Positions 7,462-15,400 of a DNA stretch of 16,903 nucleotides are shown here, in pieces. Source of the stretch: Calditrichaceae bacterium (GTDB lineage: Bacteria; Calditrichota; Calditrichia; Calditrichales; JBFXGD01). The stretch lies in contig JBFXGD010000066.1 of assembly GCA_050178385.1 (NCBI GenBank), positions 1-16,903 of the forward strand, written 5' to 3'. A program made the translations under genes and the position numbers. Numbering within the stretch: position 1 is the first letter of the stretch; each line of letters starts with the position of its first letter. The notes beneath the pieces were generated by a model. It was not told the origin of the DNA, made no database searches, and saw only the letters and a program-made list of their open reading frames with translations.

Positions 7462-9000
7462 TCAGAAGGAATTCAGAAGATTTTTAATATACCCGATAAG
7501 ATCAACAGGTGTGTAGGAAATCATCCCCATTTCGGATTTTGCCTCATCGCCGGCCATTCCCAAAATGTAATTGGCATAGAATGCCGCGTTCACAGGATCA
7601 ACTTTTCGCGCCAAAAATCCTGCCGTAATCCCCGCAAGAATATCGCCGCTCCCGCCTTTTGCAAGTCCCTGATTACCGGTCGAATTAATAAATAATCCTC
7701 TCGACTTATGCCCCACAACGGAGGGTGCGCCCTTTAGATTGACGATGCATTGATATTTATTGTTAAATCGCTTGAGTCCTTCCCAGGGCTCCGCATGGAG
7801 ACTGCTCTTTGAATCACCGGACAACCTTAGGAATTCGCCATAATGGGGTGTAAGTACATGATTTTCATTTAACCGGATTAAAATATCTTTCTTTTCTGAG
7901 AGCAAATAAAGCGCGTCCGCATCGATCACTAGTTTCTTGCCTTGAGTGATCCCGTATTCAAGTACATGCGTGATGATTTCCATAGTTTTCGGATGTCTTC
8001 CCATCCCCGGTCCTATTAAAACGGCATCCGCCCAATCCATTTTTTCATAAATAAGAGGAAGGGCATCCTGACTCAAAATCCCTTGTTCATCTTCAGGAAG
8101 AGGCAGGGTAAGCGGCTCGGTTAACTTATTCTCGAGAATCGGGTTTAATGATTTCGCTATCCCCACGACAATTAAACCGGTCCCCGTGACTTGCGCCGCC
8201 AACGCGGACATGACCGCAGCTCCCGTCATTCCTGCGGATCCCGCAAGGATAAACACTTTACCCGCCGTGTATTTATTCTGCCATGCGGGGGGTTCCGGCA
8301 AAATGATATCCTTTTTTTCGATAAGATTTACACGGATCTCCTCACTCGTTTGAAGAAAATCCGGCATTCCTATATCGGCAATAAGCAATTCTCCCGTGAA
8401 GTCACGCGCCGTATAGAATAAATGCGCGTATTTTGGCAACCCCATCGTTACGGTCAAATCAGCTTTTACCGCGCTCCCGATAATATCCGCTGAGTTTCCG
8501 TTTAAACCGGACGGTATGTCAACTGCCGTTATTGTGCCATTTTGTTCATTGATCCATTCGATAACAGACTTATACAATCCCGAAGCCGCGCCTTTTATGC
8601 CTGTTCCCAGCAACGCGTCGACTATCATACTGTTTTCGGGCAAAAGAGGCAGGTCAGATATTGACTTAATTTTTTCAATCTGAATCCTGTAATTTTGACA
8701 AATTTTAAAATTTGTCAAAGCGTCACCCGCAAGCTCATTCTCAGCCGCTACCGTTAAAATTTTTACACCGAAGCCAGCTTTGAAAAGATGTCTCGCGATG
8801 ACATATCCGTCACCGCCGTTATTTCCTTTTCCGCACAGTACAAAAATCTGATGAATTCTTTTCTCGACGCATTTATTTTGTATCGCTAAATATGTCTTAT
8901 AACCGGCGTTCTCCATCAGAACGATTCCCGGCATTCCAAGATCATCTATTGTCTGCCTATCAAGACCGCGCATCTGTTCATTCGATACGACCTTAATCAT
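7462..9000 (-). CDS. nnr: Bifunctional NAD(P)H-hydrate repair enzyme (YjeF_N epimerase + YjeF_C dehydratase)
   Basis: LMENAG, GKGNNGGDG, DALLGTG, VDIPSG, IGPGMG, VIDADAL, LTPHYGE and GGSGDILAG motifs. Start reassigned from 9042 to ATG at 9000 (GGAGG RBS, 8-nt overlap with acpS), giving 512 aa. Confidence 0.95.
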   Translation of the reverse strand: MIKVVSNEQMRGLDRQTIDDLGMPGIVLMENAGYKTYLAIQNKCVEKRIHQIFVLCGKGNNGGDGYVIARHLFKAGFGVKILTVAAENELAGDALTNFKICQNYRIQIEKIKSISDLPLLPENSMIVDALLGTGIKGAASGLYKSVIEWINEQNGTITAVDIPSGLNGNSADIIGSAVKADLTVTMGLPKYAHLFYTARDFTGELLIADIGMPDFLQTSEEIRVNLIEKKDIILPEPPAWQNKYTAGKVFILAGSAGMTGAAVMSALAAQVTGTGLIVVGIAKSLNPILENKLTEPLTLPLPEDEQGILSQDALPLIYEKMDWADAVLIGPGMGRHPKTMEIITHVLEYGITQGKKLVIDADALYLLSEKKDILIRLNENHVLTPHYGEFLRLSGDSKSSLHAEPWEGLKRFNNKYQCIVNLKGAPSVVGHKSRGLFINSTGNQGLAKGGSGDILAGITAGFLARKVDPVNAAFYANYILGMAGDEAKSEMGMISYTPVDLIGYIKNLLNSF

Positions 9001-9415
9001 ATTTACCTCCTTCGAATGAATGCTCAATGACGACAAACGCAAATGAAATTTGAGCAGTATGTGACAGTGAAACCAGAACCCGGTCTTTACCGATAGTTTC
9101 CTTCACACGCCCGTAAAACCGGAAGTACGGTTTCCCGAGATGGTCATTAAGAATCTCAATCTCTTTCCATTTATAACCGTCTCTCAGGCCGGTGCCAATC
9201 GCCTTAAAGAGCGCTTCCTTGGCTGCAAAACGGGCCGTGAAAGAAGCGAATTTATCATGCTTTGGACTGCAGTAAGCAATTTCATTTTCTGTAAAAATCC
9301 TGCCCGTAAATGTTTCGCCCCATTTCAAGATCATCCGTCCAATCCTGGAATTATCTTCCATGTCTATTCCTATGCCACGAATGCTGGTCCGGGAACCCGG
9401 TATATTCATTTCCAT
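8993..9415 (-). CDS. acpS: Holo-[acyl-carrier-protein] synthase
   Basis: GIGID, IFTENE, ARFAAKEALFKAIGTG, GKP and VSLSH motifs. The acpS-nnr adjacency is a common synteny. Exact start uncertain (9415 or 9409). Confidence 0.95.
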   Translation of the reverse strand: MEMNIPGSRTSIRGIGIDMEDNSRIGRMILKWGETFTGRIFTENEIAYCSPKHDKFASFTARFAAKEALFKAIGTGLRDGYKWKEIEILNDHLGKPYFRFYGRVKETIGKDRVLVSLSHTAQISFAFVVIEHSFEGGKYD

Positions 9416-9430
9416 TACCTGATTTCTTTC

Positions 9431-9460
9431 TTGACATTGTGCTAAACAAATCTTTAATTT
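9431..9460 (+). promoter_or_regulatory. Possible sigma70 promoter for the ECF sigma operon
   Basis: TTGACA (9431-9436)-18 nt-TAATTT (9455-9460). Confidence 0.4.
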
Positions 9461-9493
9461 TTGTTTGATAAATAATTATTTATTTTGAATTAA

Positions 9494-9522
9494 ATTTTAC
9501 TAATTTAAGTATCCATTAGCAA
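9494..9522 (-). promoter_or_regulatory. Possible sigma70 promoter for acpS-nnr
   Basis: TTGCTA-17 nt-TAAAAT on the - strand. Confidence 0.5.
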
Positions 9523-9570
9523 GGCAATTGACCGGTTCATTTTTATTGGACACCAAAATTCAGGACAATT

Positions 9571-10140
9571 TTGAAGAGAGATGATTCAGAATTAGTAAAA
9601 CGCGCTAAAAACGGAGACGGTAAAGCATACGACGAATTGACTTTACTCTATAAAGATGCCGTCTATAATATAATCTACAGGATGGTTCATAATCATCAGG
9701 AAGCTGAAGATTTGCTCCAGGAAGCCTTTATTAAGGCTTATAATTCCATTAGTTCTTTCAATGAAGAATACGCTTTTTCAACCTGGCTGTTCAAAATAGC
9801 GACCAATAACTGTATTGATTATTTCAGGAAACGTAAACTTAGAACGTACTCAATGGACGAAACCATCCGGTACAAGGATGATGAAATAAAACATGAATAC
9901 GCTGATACCGAGCCGACCGCGGAAAAGGAGATGCTTGCCAGCGAAAAAAGCCGGCTTATAAGAAAAGCCATTGACAATCTTCCCGAAAAATACAGAAAAG
10001 TTATTATCCTTAGACATCAGGATGAAAAAAGTTATGAAGAAATCTCCGAGATGCTGGATCTGCCTCTCGGGACGGTAAAAGCAAGGATATTCAGAGCAAG
10101 AGAAATGCTTAACAAGTCCCTAAAGGATGTACTATATTGA
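9571..10140 (+). CDS. ECF (group 4) RNA polymerase sigma factor, SigW/RpoE-like
   Basis: 189 aa. Region 2 AEDLLQEAFIKAY...FSTWLFKIATNNCID and region 4 SYEEISEMLDLPLGTVKARIFRAR. TTG start with AGGA RBS. Confidence 0.95.
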   Translation: MKRDDSELVKRAKNGDGKAYDELTLLYKDAVYNIIYRMVHNHQEAEDLLQEAFIKAYNSISSFNEEYAFSTWLFKIATNNCIDYFRKRKLRTYSMDETIRYKDDEIKHEYADTEPTAEKEMLASEKSRLIRKAIDNLPEKYRKVIILRHQDEKSYEEISEMLDLPLGTVKARIFRAREMLNKSLKDVLY

Positions 10141-11012
10141 AAAACAACTTTAATATCGCGCTAGTGATCTTCATTTTCATAGTTTTATCAGAATCCGTTT
10201 TGCCGGTCGACAGTAAAAGCACGCTTACCCGAAAAATAAATATCTCTGATGAAAAAATGATCGAGGTCAACATCGAGTTCGGGGTTGGTATCCTTAAAAT
10301 CAGTCCTGGAAATCCGGATGAGTTGTTCTTCGGGAAGCTGAAATTTGACACCATCGAGCCCTCTATAGATTATTCAGTCTATAGGGACATTGGCCGGTTA
10401 TCGGTGTCTTCCGACGGCGACAAAAAAAAGGGAGAAGATAGCCGTACACAAATTAAAACCCTTAGTGATGTCAAAAGGAATGTATGGGATCTTAGATTTT
10501 CACCAAAAGTTCCAATTAGCTTTAATATTGAACTCGGGGCGGCAGAGAATAATCTTGAGTTTGGTTCACTTAAAATATCAAAACTTAGTATCGAGTGCGG
10601 CGCGAGCAGCACTTATATTAATTTTTCCAAACCAAATCCGGTTGTGATGGAAACCTTTCAAATTGAAGCAGGCGTAAGTAAGCTGCACTGTAAAAATCTT
10701 CTTAATTCCAACTTTAAGGTGTTTAGATTTGAAGGCGGTGTCGGTGACTATGAGTTTGATGTTGTTGGTGAAGCCGGACGCAATGCCGAGCTTTTTTTTG
10801 AAGTCGGCGCGGCATCAACAAAACTTAATATTGATAAAAGAGCAGGCTTCAAACTTCAAATTGATGATTCTTTTTTGAGCAGTGTTACAGTGGAAAACGC
10901 CATAAAAAAGGATGATGTCTATATATCAAAAAATTATCATAACGCCGAATATATCCTGGACATAAAGGTCGATACCGGGGTGGGCTCTTTGAAGGTGTAT
11001 ACAAGCGACTGA
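10137..11012 (+). CDS. Exported/membrane-anchored beta-repeat protein, DUF2154 (toast-rack)/LiaF/DUF4097-like
   Basis: N-terminal signal or anchor, then seven copies of a [IFV][ED]xG[VA][GSA] motif (IEFGVG, IELGAA, IECGAS, IEAGVS, FEGGVG, FEVGAA, VDTGVG). TTGA overlap with the sigma stop. Family assignment is by pattern only. Confidence 0.7.
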   Translation: MKNNFNIALVIFIFIVLSESVLPVDSKSTLTRKINISDEKMIEVNIEFGVGILKISPGNPDELFFGKLKFDTIEPSIDYSVYRDIGRLSVSSDGDKKKGEDSRTQIKTLSDVKRNVWDLRFSPKVPISFNIELGAAENNLEFGSLKISKLSIECGASSTYINFSKPNPVVMETFQIEAGVSKLHCKNLLNSNFKVFRFEGGVGDYEFDVVGEAGRNAELFFEVGAASTKLNIDKRAGFKLQIDDSFLSSVTVENAIKKDDVYISKNYHNAEYILDIKVDTGVGSLKVYTSD

Positions 11013-11017
11013 GTGAT

Positions 11018-11308
11018 TTAGTTATTCATTACCAGAATCATGTCGTTATTAAATACAGAATCCATTCGGGAATCCACTATAATCGGTTCTTTTTTTACCC
11101 GTTTGAGATTTTCAATTTTGTCGCGGAATACCGTATATTTAACGGTGATGTTTATCGCTTCATTTTCCACTGCCATGAATTGTTGTTCAATACTATTTTG
11201 CCTGTGTTCAAGATCATTCATGATATTATTAAGCCGGTAGTTTATATAAAATAATTCCGCAGTAATCATCACTATAAATGGTATTAAAAAATAAAGAAAT
11301 CTTCTCAT
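11018..11308 (-). CDS. Small hypothetical bitopic membrane protein with a coiled coil
   Basis: 96 aa, ATG start, MRR plus a hydrophobic helix followed by a heptad-like segment. Fills the gap between flanking genes without overlap. Confidence 0.6.
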   Translation of the reverse strand: MRRFLYFLIPFIVMITAELFYINYRLNNIMNDLEHRQNSIEQQFMAVENEAINITVKYTVFRDKIENLKRVKKEPIIVDSRMDSVFNNDMILVMNN

Positions 11309-11410
11309 GATTAAACCTTTGTCATTTTTTCAGAATATAGAACCTAATCAGCATTATTAAAGTGTTTCAGATCAATTTCTACTAATCATTTTTTCAACAG
11401 AAAGTAATTT

Positions 11411-12007
11411 ATGTTCAGACTGATCGCCGGAACCACAAATCAGCATAAAATTCATGAAATCAGACGAATTCTTGATCTGGACGGACTTACCATATCAAGC
11501 CTGAATGAATTTGAAAATTTTCCTGATGTCAATGAAAACGGCCTTACATTTCATGAAAACGCGGCCATCAAAGCCCGGGCTTATTTTGAATATTTCCGGA
11601 CGCCTGTTTTTGCGGATGATTCGGGTCTTGTTGTCCCCGCCCTGAGCGGTGAACCCGGAATTTATTCCGCCCGGTATTCCGGCCCCGACGCATCCTATGA
11701 AAGTAATAACCAATTATTGATCGAAAAAATTCGTCAAATCCCGGAAAAATACAGAAACGCGCAATTTGTCTGCACTATTTGTTATAAGGATGAAAAAAAT
11801 GAGATTTTTTTTACCGGAACCACCGACGGAATAATTCTGGATGAACTTACCGGTGTAGAAGGATTCGGCTATGATCCTCTTTTCTACATTCCAGGTTTAA
11901 AAAAGACATACGCGCAAATTGACACCGATGAAAAAAACCGGATCAGTCACAGGGGAAAGGCGATCGGCCAGCTGAAAGAATTTTTTATAAAAAATATGAC
12001 TTTATAA
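11411..12007 (+). CDS. rdgB: dITP/XTP pyrophosphatase (RdgB/HAM1)
   Basis: TTNQHKIHE, TFHENAAIKA, ADDSGL, PGIYSARY, GFGYDPLF and ISHRGKA motifs. Confidence 0.97.
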   Translation: MFRLIAGTTNQHKIHEIRRILDLDGLTISSLNEFENFPDVNENGLTFHENAAIKARAYFEYFRTPVFADDSGLVVPALSGEPGIYSARYSGPDASYESNNQLLIEKIRQIPEKYRNAQFVCTICYKDEKNEIFFTGTTDGIILDELTGVEGFGYDPLFYIPGLKKTYAQIDTDEKNRISHRGKAIGQLKEFFIKNMTL

Positions 12008-12017
12008 GGGCGGAGTG

Positions 12018-12046
12018 TTGACTCATTAAAATTATTTTTCTATATT
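12018..12046 (+). promoter_or_regulatory. Sigma70 promoter of the tRNA operon
   Basis: TTGACT-17 nt-TATATT, 33 nt upstream of tRNA-Pro. Confidence 0.8.
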
Positions 12047-12079
12047 GCGTGACTCTTGGTTGAGAGTGCAATATCCATT

Positions 12080-12155
<76 letters not shown>

Positions 12156-12160
12156 AAGTT

Positions 12161-12234
<74 letters not shown>

Positions 12235-12252
12235 CATTCTCTCCAAATGAAT

Positions 12253-12327
12253 GGTGGGTGTAGCTCAGTTGGTTAGAGCACCAGATTGTGGCTCTGGGGG
12301 TCGTGGGTTCAACTCCCATCATCCACC
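12253..12327 (+). tRNA. tRNA-His(GTG)
   Basis: Encoded G-1, acceptor stem GTGGGTG/CATCCAC with C discriminator, anticodon arm CCAGA-TT-GTG-GC-TCTGG. CCA not encoded. Confidence 0.97.
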
Positions 12328-12343
12328 CTTTTAAATATAAGAC

Positions 12344-12416
12344 GCTCCCATCGTCTAGAGGCCTAGGACATCGCCCTTTCACGGCGACGACAGGGGTTCG
12401 AATCCCCTTGGGAGTA
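12344..12416 (+). tRNA. tRNA-Glu(TTC)
   Basis: Acceptor stem GCTCCCA/TGGGAGT, anticodon arm TCGCC-CT-TTC-AC-GGCGA, T loop TTCGAAT. CCA not encoded. Confidence 0.97.
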
Positions 12417-12417
12417 C

Positions 12418-12451
12418 AAAAGGCTGTCTGATAACCAGACAGCCTTTTTTT
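12418..12451. terminator. Bidirectional intrinsic terminator between the tRNA operon and the PP2C gene
   Basis: AAA-AGGCTGTCTG-ATAAC-CAGACAGCCT-TTTTTT, with T tracts on both strands, between convergent genes. Confidence 0.9.
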
Positions 12452-14078
12452 ATTTTCTGATCGCTATGATTGTAAAATCATCAAAAAGAGCTTCACCTGA
12501 ACAGAACACACCTACATCCTTTTTTAGCTCATCTATAAATTCCTGCGGATTCCAACTGTTTTTGTTTTTCAAAAATGAAATGACCCGTTCCTCGCCAAAT
12601 TCATCTTTTTCAGGATTCATTGCTTCTACCAGACCGTCTGTATAAAAAAGAATAAAATCACCTTTCTTTATTGCTGTTTGCTGCTCAGTATAGGTGAAAG
12701 GGAGAAGCCCTATCGGTATGCCCCCTCCTTTTAATTCTATAATTTCAGTTCCGGATCTCAGCAAATAAGGCGGATTATGTCCGGCGTTAATATAACGCAG
12801 GACTTCCGATTTGGTATTATAGATACCCGTAAAGAAAGTTATATAGCGGTCGTCCGTTGTCTGTTCTATGATCAGCTCATTGAGATAACCGGTCAGTTCA
12901 ACCAGATTTTTTGTATATTTCAAATATGCCCTCAGTGATGCCTGCATGGTTGATACAACAAGCGCCCCCGGTACGCCTTTACCGGAGACATCCGCTATGG
13001 TGATCAGGAAGTTTTCTTCATCAATTTTATAGATGTCATAAAAATCTCCCCCCACTTGTTTACAGGGAATATTTATGGCGGCTATCTCAAATCCCGGTAT
13101 TTTAGGCAGAACCTGCGGGATGATCAGTCTCTGAATTTCCGCCGCAACCTCAAGTTCTTTTTCGAGACGCTCCTTTTCAAGCGCGTCAATCAGCAGCCTG
13201 GCATTTTCAATTGAAAGCGCTGCCTGTGTCGCGAAGATGGTAAAAAGCATCAGATCGTTTTGATTAAAGGGTTGACCGTCTTTTCGATTCAGGATCTGCA
13301 TGACTCCGATTGTCTTCTCCTGATAAACCATGGGAACACATAGGATAGTGCGGGTTACGAAGCCGCTCTTTTTGTCAAATGAAGGATCAAATCTTGAATC
13401 CTTATAGGCGTCGGGGATCAGCACGGCTTCTTTCATCTGCGCGACCCAACCACCGATCCCTTTTCCAACCTGTAATCGGAATGGTTTTACTTCCTTCCCT
13501 TTTGGACCCAGAGCAACTTTAAATTCCAATTCCTTTCCGTCTTCAACCATCAGCATGAGAGAAGCAGCCTCAGCGCTCATGAGCGTCATGCACTTTTCCA
13601 TGATAAATTCAAGAAGTGACTGCAAATTCTGACCCGACTCAAATGCCCTTGTGATCTCGTGAAAAGCGCTCATCTCAGTGACAAGCTGTTCCATGCGGCC
13701 TGAGAATTTCCGGATGTCATCCACTAAATACTGGTTATCGATAATACTAGCCAAATATCGTGTGATTAATCCGCCCACATCTTTCTCTATTTTATTCCAG
13801 CTGTCACCTTTTTCGGCCATTATCAGCCCGTAAAAGTCCGGGTCTTTTAATATGGGGAATACGGCGTCTGAAGAAGTGCTGCTGAAGACCACCGGGTTCC
13901 CGCTGCCTTTGATAAGTGCTTTATCACAGTGCAAATTATCCAGTTCGGGTTGGGAAAATCCCATAGAAGCGATCTGCTCATCAGGGATAAATTGAACTGA
14001 CTTGAGTGAATAAAGTCTTTTAAAAATCCGAAGAATCTTTTGTATCTCATCGTCTGTGGATTTTTTTAATACTCTCAT
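12450..14078 (-). CDS. GAF-domain SpoIIE/RsbU-family PP2C serine phosphatase
   Basis: GAF (GKGIGGWV...DAYKDSRF...TILCVPM...NRKDGQPF), a coiled linker ERLEKELEVAAEIQ, and PP2C motifs VGGDFYD, ADVSGKG, NAGHNPP, YTDGL, DDFT. The N-terminal ~120 aa may be a degenerate second GAF. Confidence 0.93.
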   Translation of the reverse strand: MRVLKKSTDDEIQKILRIFKRLYSLKSVQFIPDEQIASMGFSQPELDNLHCDKALIKGSGNPVVFSSTSSDAVFPILKDPDFYGLIMAEKGDSWNKIEKDVGGLITRYLASIIDNQYLVDDIRKFSGRMEQLVTEMSAFHEITRAFESGQNLQSLLEFIMEKCMTLMSAEAASLMLMVEDGKELEFKVALGPKGKEVKPFRLQVGKGIGGWVAQMKEAVLIPDAYKDSRFDPSFDKKSGFVTRTILCVPMVYQEKTIGVMQILNRKDGQPFNQNDLMLFTIFATQAALSIENARLLIDALEKERLEKELEVAAEIQRLIIPQVLPKIPGFEIAAINIPCKQVGGDFYDIYKIDEENFLITIADVSGKGVPGALVVSTMQASLRAYLKYTKNLVELTGYLNELIIEQTTDDRYITFFTGIYNTKSEVLRYINAGHNPPYLLRSGTEIIELKGGGIPIGLLPFTYTEQQTAIKKGDFILFYTDGLVEAMNPEKDEFGEERVISFLKNKNSWNPQEFIDELKKDVGVFCSGEALFDDFTIIAIRK

Positions 14079-14142
14079 GAAGTGTCCCCGAATAAGAAAG
14101 CGGTTAATTCAAAAATTTTAAATTTAGTATGAAATGAATTAT

Positions 14143-14171
14143 TTGTAAATAAATAACAAATTTAGTATGTT
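14143..14171 (+). promoter_or_regulatory. Possible sigma70 promoter for the EamA gene
   Basis: TTGTAA-17 nt-TATGTT, 27 nt upstream of the ATG. Confidence 0.45.
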
Positions 14172-14198
14172 CGCCTTTCCATTTAAGGGCATACACAT

Positions 14199-15107
14199 AT
14201 GAATTCGAATACCAAATATACTCCATGGATCGTAATCGCAATTCTCTCTTTGATATGGAGTTCAACATGGCTTGCCATCAAAATCGGTCTTGAAACACTG
14301 CCCCCATTTCTATCTGCCGGCTGGCGTTTCTTCACCGCATTTCTGGTTCTTAGTATCTATGCATATAAACTTAAATTAAAATTTCCCCGTGATTTGAAAA
14401 GTCATCTTTTTTTTCTCCTGTTCAGTCTGGTCAATTTTTCCGGCGGATATGCTCTGGTTTACTGGGGAGAACAGTATATCAATTCAGGACTGGCGAGTGT
14501 CCTGTTCTCGGTAATGCCCTTCTATGTGGCCGTTTTTTCGATCAAATTTCTTCCTTCCGAAGAAATTACATTCAAAAAGATGCTCGGCATATTGATCGGA
14601 TTTGCGGGTATCGTTGTCATATTCAGTGATCAGCTTCATATTAGTCATCCCTATGCCGTTTATGGAATGATCGGGGTTCTGATCAGTCCCGCGTTTTCCG
14701 CGGCCGGGACCATTTTAGGAAAAAAAGCGCGGGCAACTTACCACCCCGTAACAATGAACACCCTGCCTTTGTTATATACCGGGATTACATTCTTTATTCT
14801 GCATAATTTATTCGAATCAGCCGGAAAATCTGATTTTACAATACCGGCTGTATTATCAATCCTTTATCTGGGAATAATGGGTACCGCGGTGGCCTTTGTA
14901 CTCTATTTCTGGTTGTTAAAAACCACATCCGCCGTGCTCATGTCACTGATAACTTTCATCACACCGCCCCTTGCTCTGCTCTGGGGATGGATGGTGATGG
15001 GCGAAACGATCACACTGAAATTAGTCTTTGGGATGCTGATTATTTTTAGCGGGATCGCGGTTGTCCGGAAGAGCCATTCCGCGCCAAAAGTCGCTCCCAC
15101 CCCGTAA
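14199..15107 (+). CDS. EamA/DMT-family transporter
   Basis: 302 aa, 10 TM segments in two repeats. IWSSTWLAIKIGL, PPFLSAGWRF, EQYINSGLAS and LYLGIMGT motifs. Confidence 0.94.
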   Translation: MNSNTKYTPWIVIAILSLIWSSTWLAIKIGLETLPPFLSAGWRFFTAFLVLSIYAYKLKLKFPRDLKSHLFFLLFSLVNFSGGYALVYWGEQYINSGLASVLFSVMPFYVAVFSIKFLPSEEITFKKMLGILIGFAGIVVIFSDQLHISHPYAVYGMIGVLISPAFSAAGTILGKKARATYHPVTMNTLPLLYTGITFFILHNLFESAGKSDFTIPAVLSILYLGIMGTAVAFVLYFWLLKTTSAVLMSLITFITPPLALLWGWMVMGETITLKLVFGMLIIFSGIAVVRKSHSAPKVAPTP

Positions 15108-15188
15108 CCCCTGGTCTGTTTCGCTTCTCCCTATACTCCTAAGTTCTTACAACCATAGCTCATAATCACACACCACAATTAAATTCTT

Positions 15189-15400
15189 AACTCTTTTTTC
15201 ATTTATCTTTTTTCTTTTATCTTAACTTCCTACTTCCTCCTTCCCCTCTTCCCAAGTCACACAAAGATGCCTGCGGCATGACATGCAGAGAGAGCCCAAC
15301 AGGTACAGCTAATTTTTCACAACCCAACTCTTTTTTCTTTTATCTTTTTTCTTTTATCTTAACTTCTTACTTCCTACTTCCTACTTCTTACTTCCTTCCC
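15189..15400. repeat. Two 50-nt direct repeats built from 7-mer tandem units, the second extending into the radical SAM gene end
   Basis: 15189-15238 and 15326-15375 match at 48/50 nt. Units are TTTT(A/T)TC and TACTTC(C/T). Further TACTTCY units continue to about 15395. Confidence 0.9.
15265..15283 (-). repeat. Short REP-like palindrome
   Basis: TGTCATGCC-GCA-GGCATCT on the - strand (ATGCC/GGCAT stem). Resembles TGTCAT...ATCT-type intergenic repeats. Single copy in this window. Confidence 0.4.

Noticed and set aside
9001..9042. Longer start for nnr
   Set aside because: It lies inside acpS. The ATG at 9000 has a GGAGG RBS and matches the usual YjeF N-terminus.
15189..15375. Direct repeats as a mini-CRISPR
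   Set aside because: Only two low-complexity 50-nt copies with an 87-nt spacer, non-palindromic, and no cas genes.
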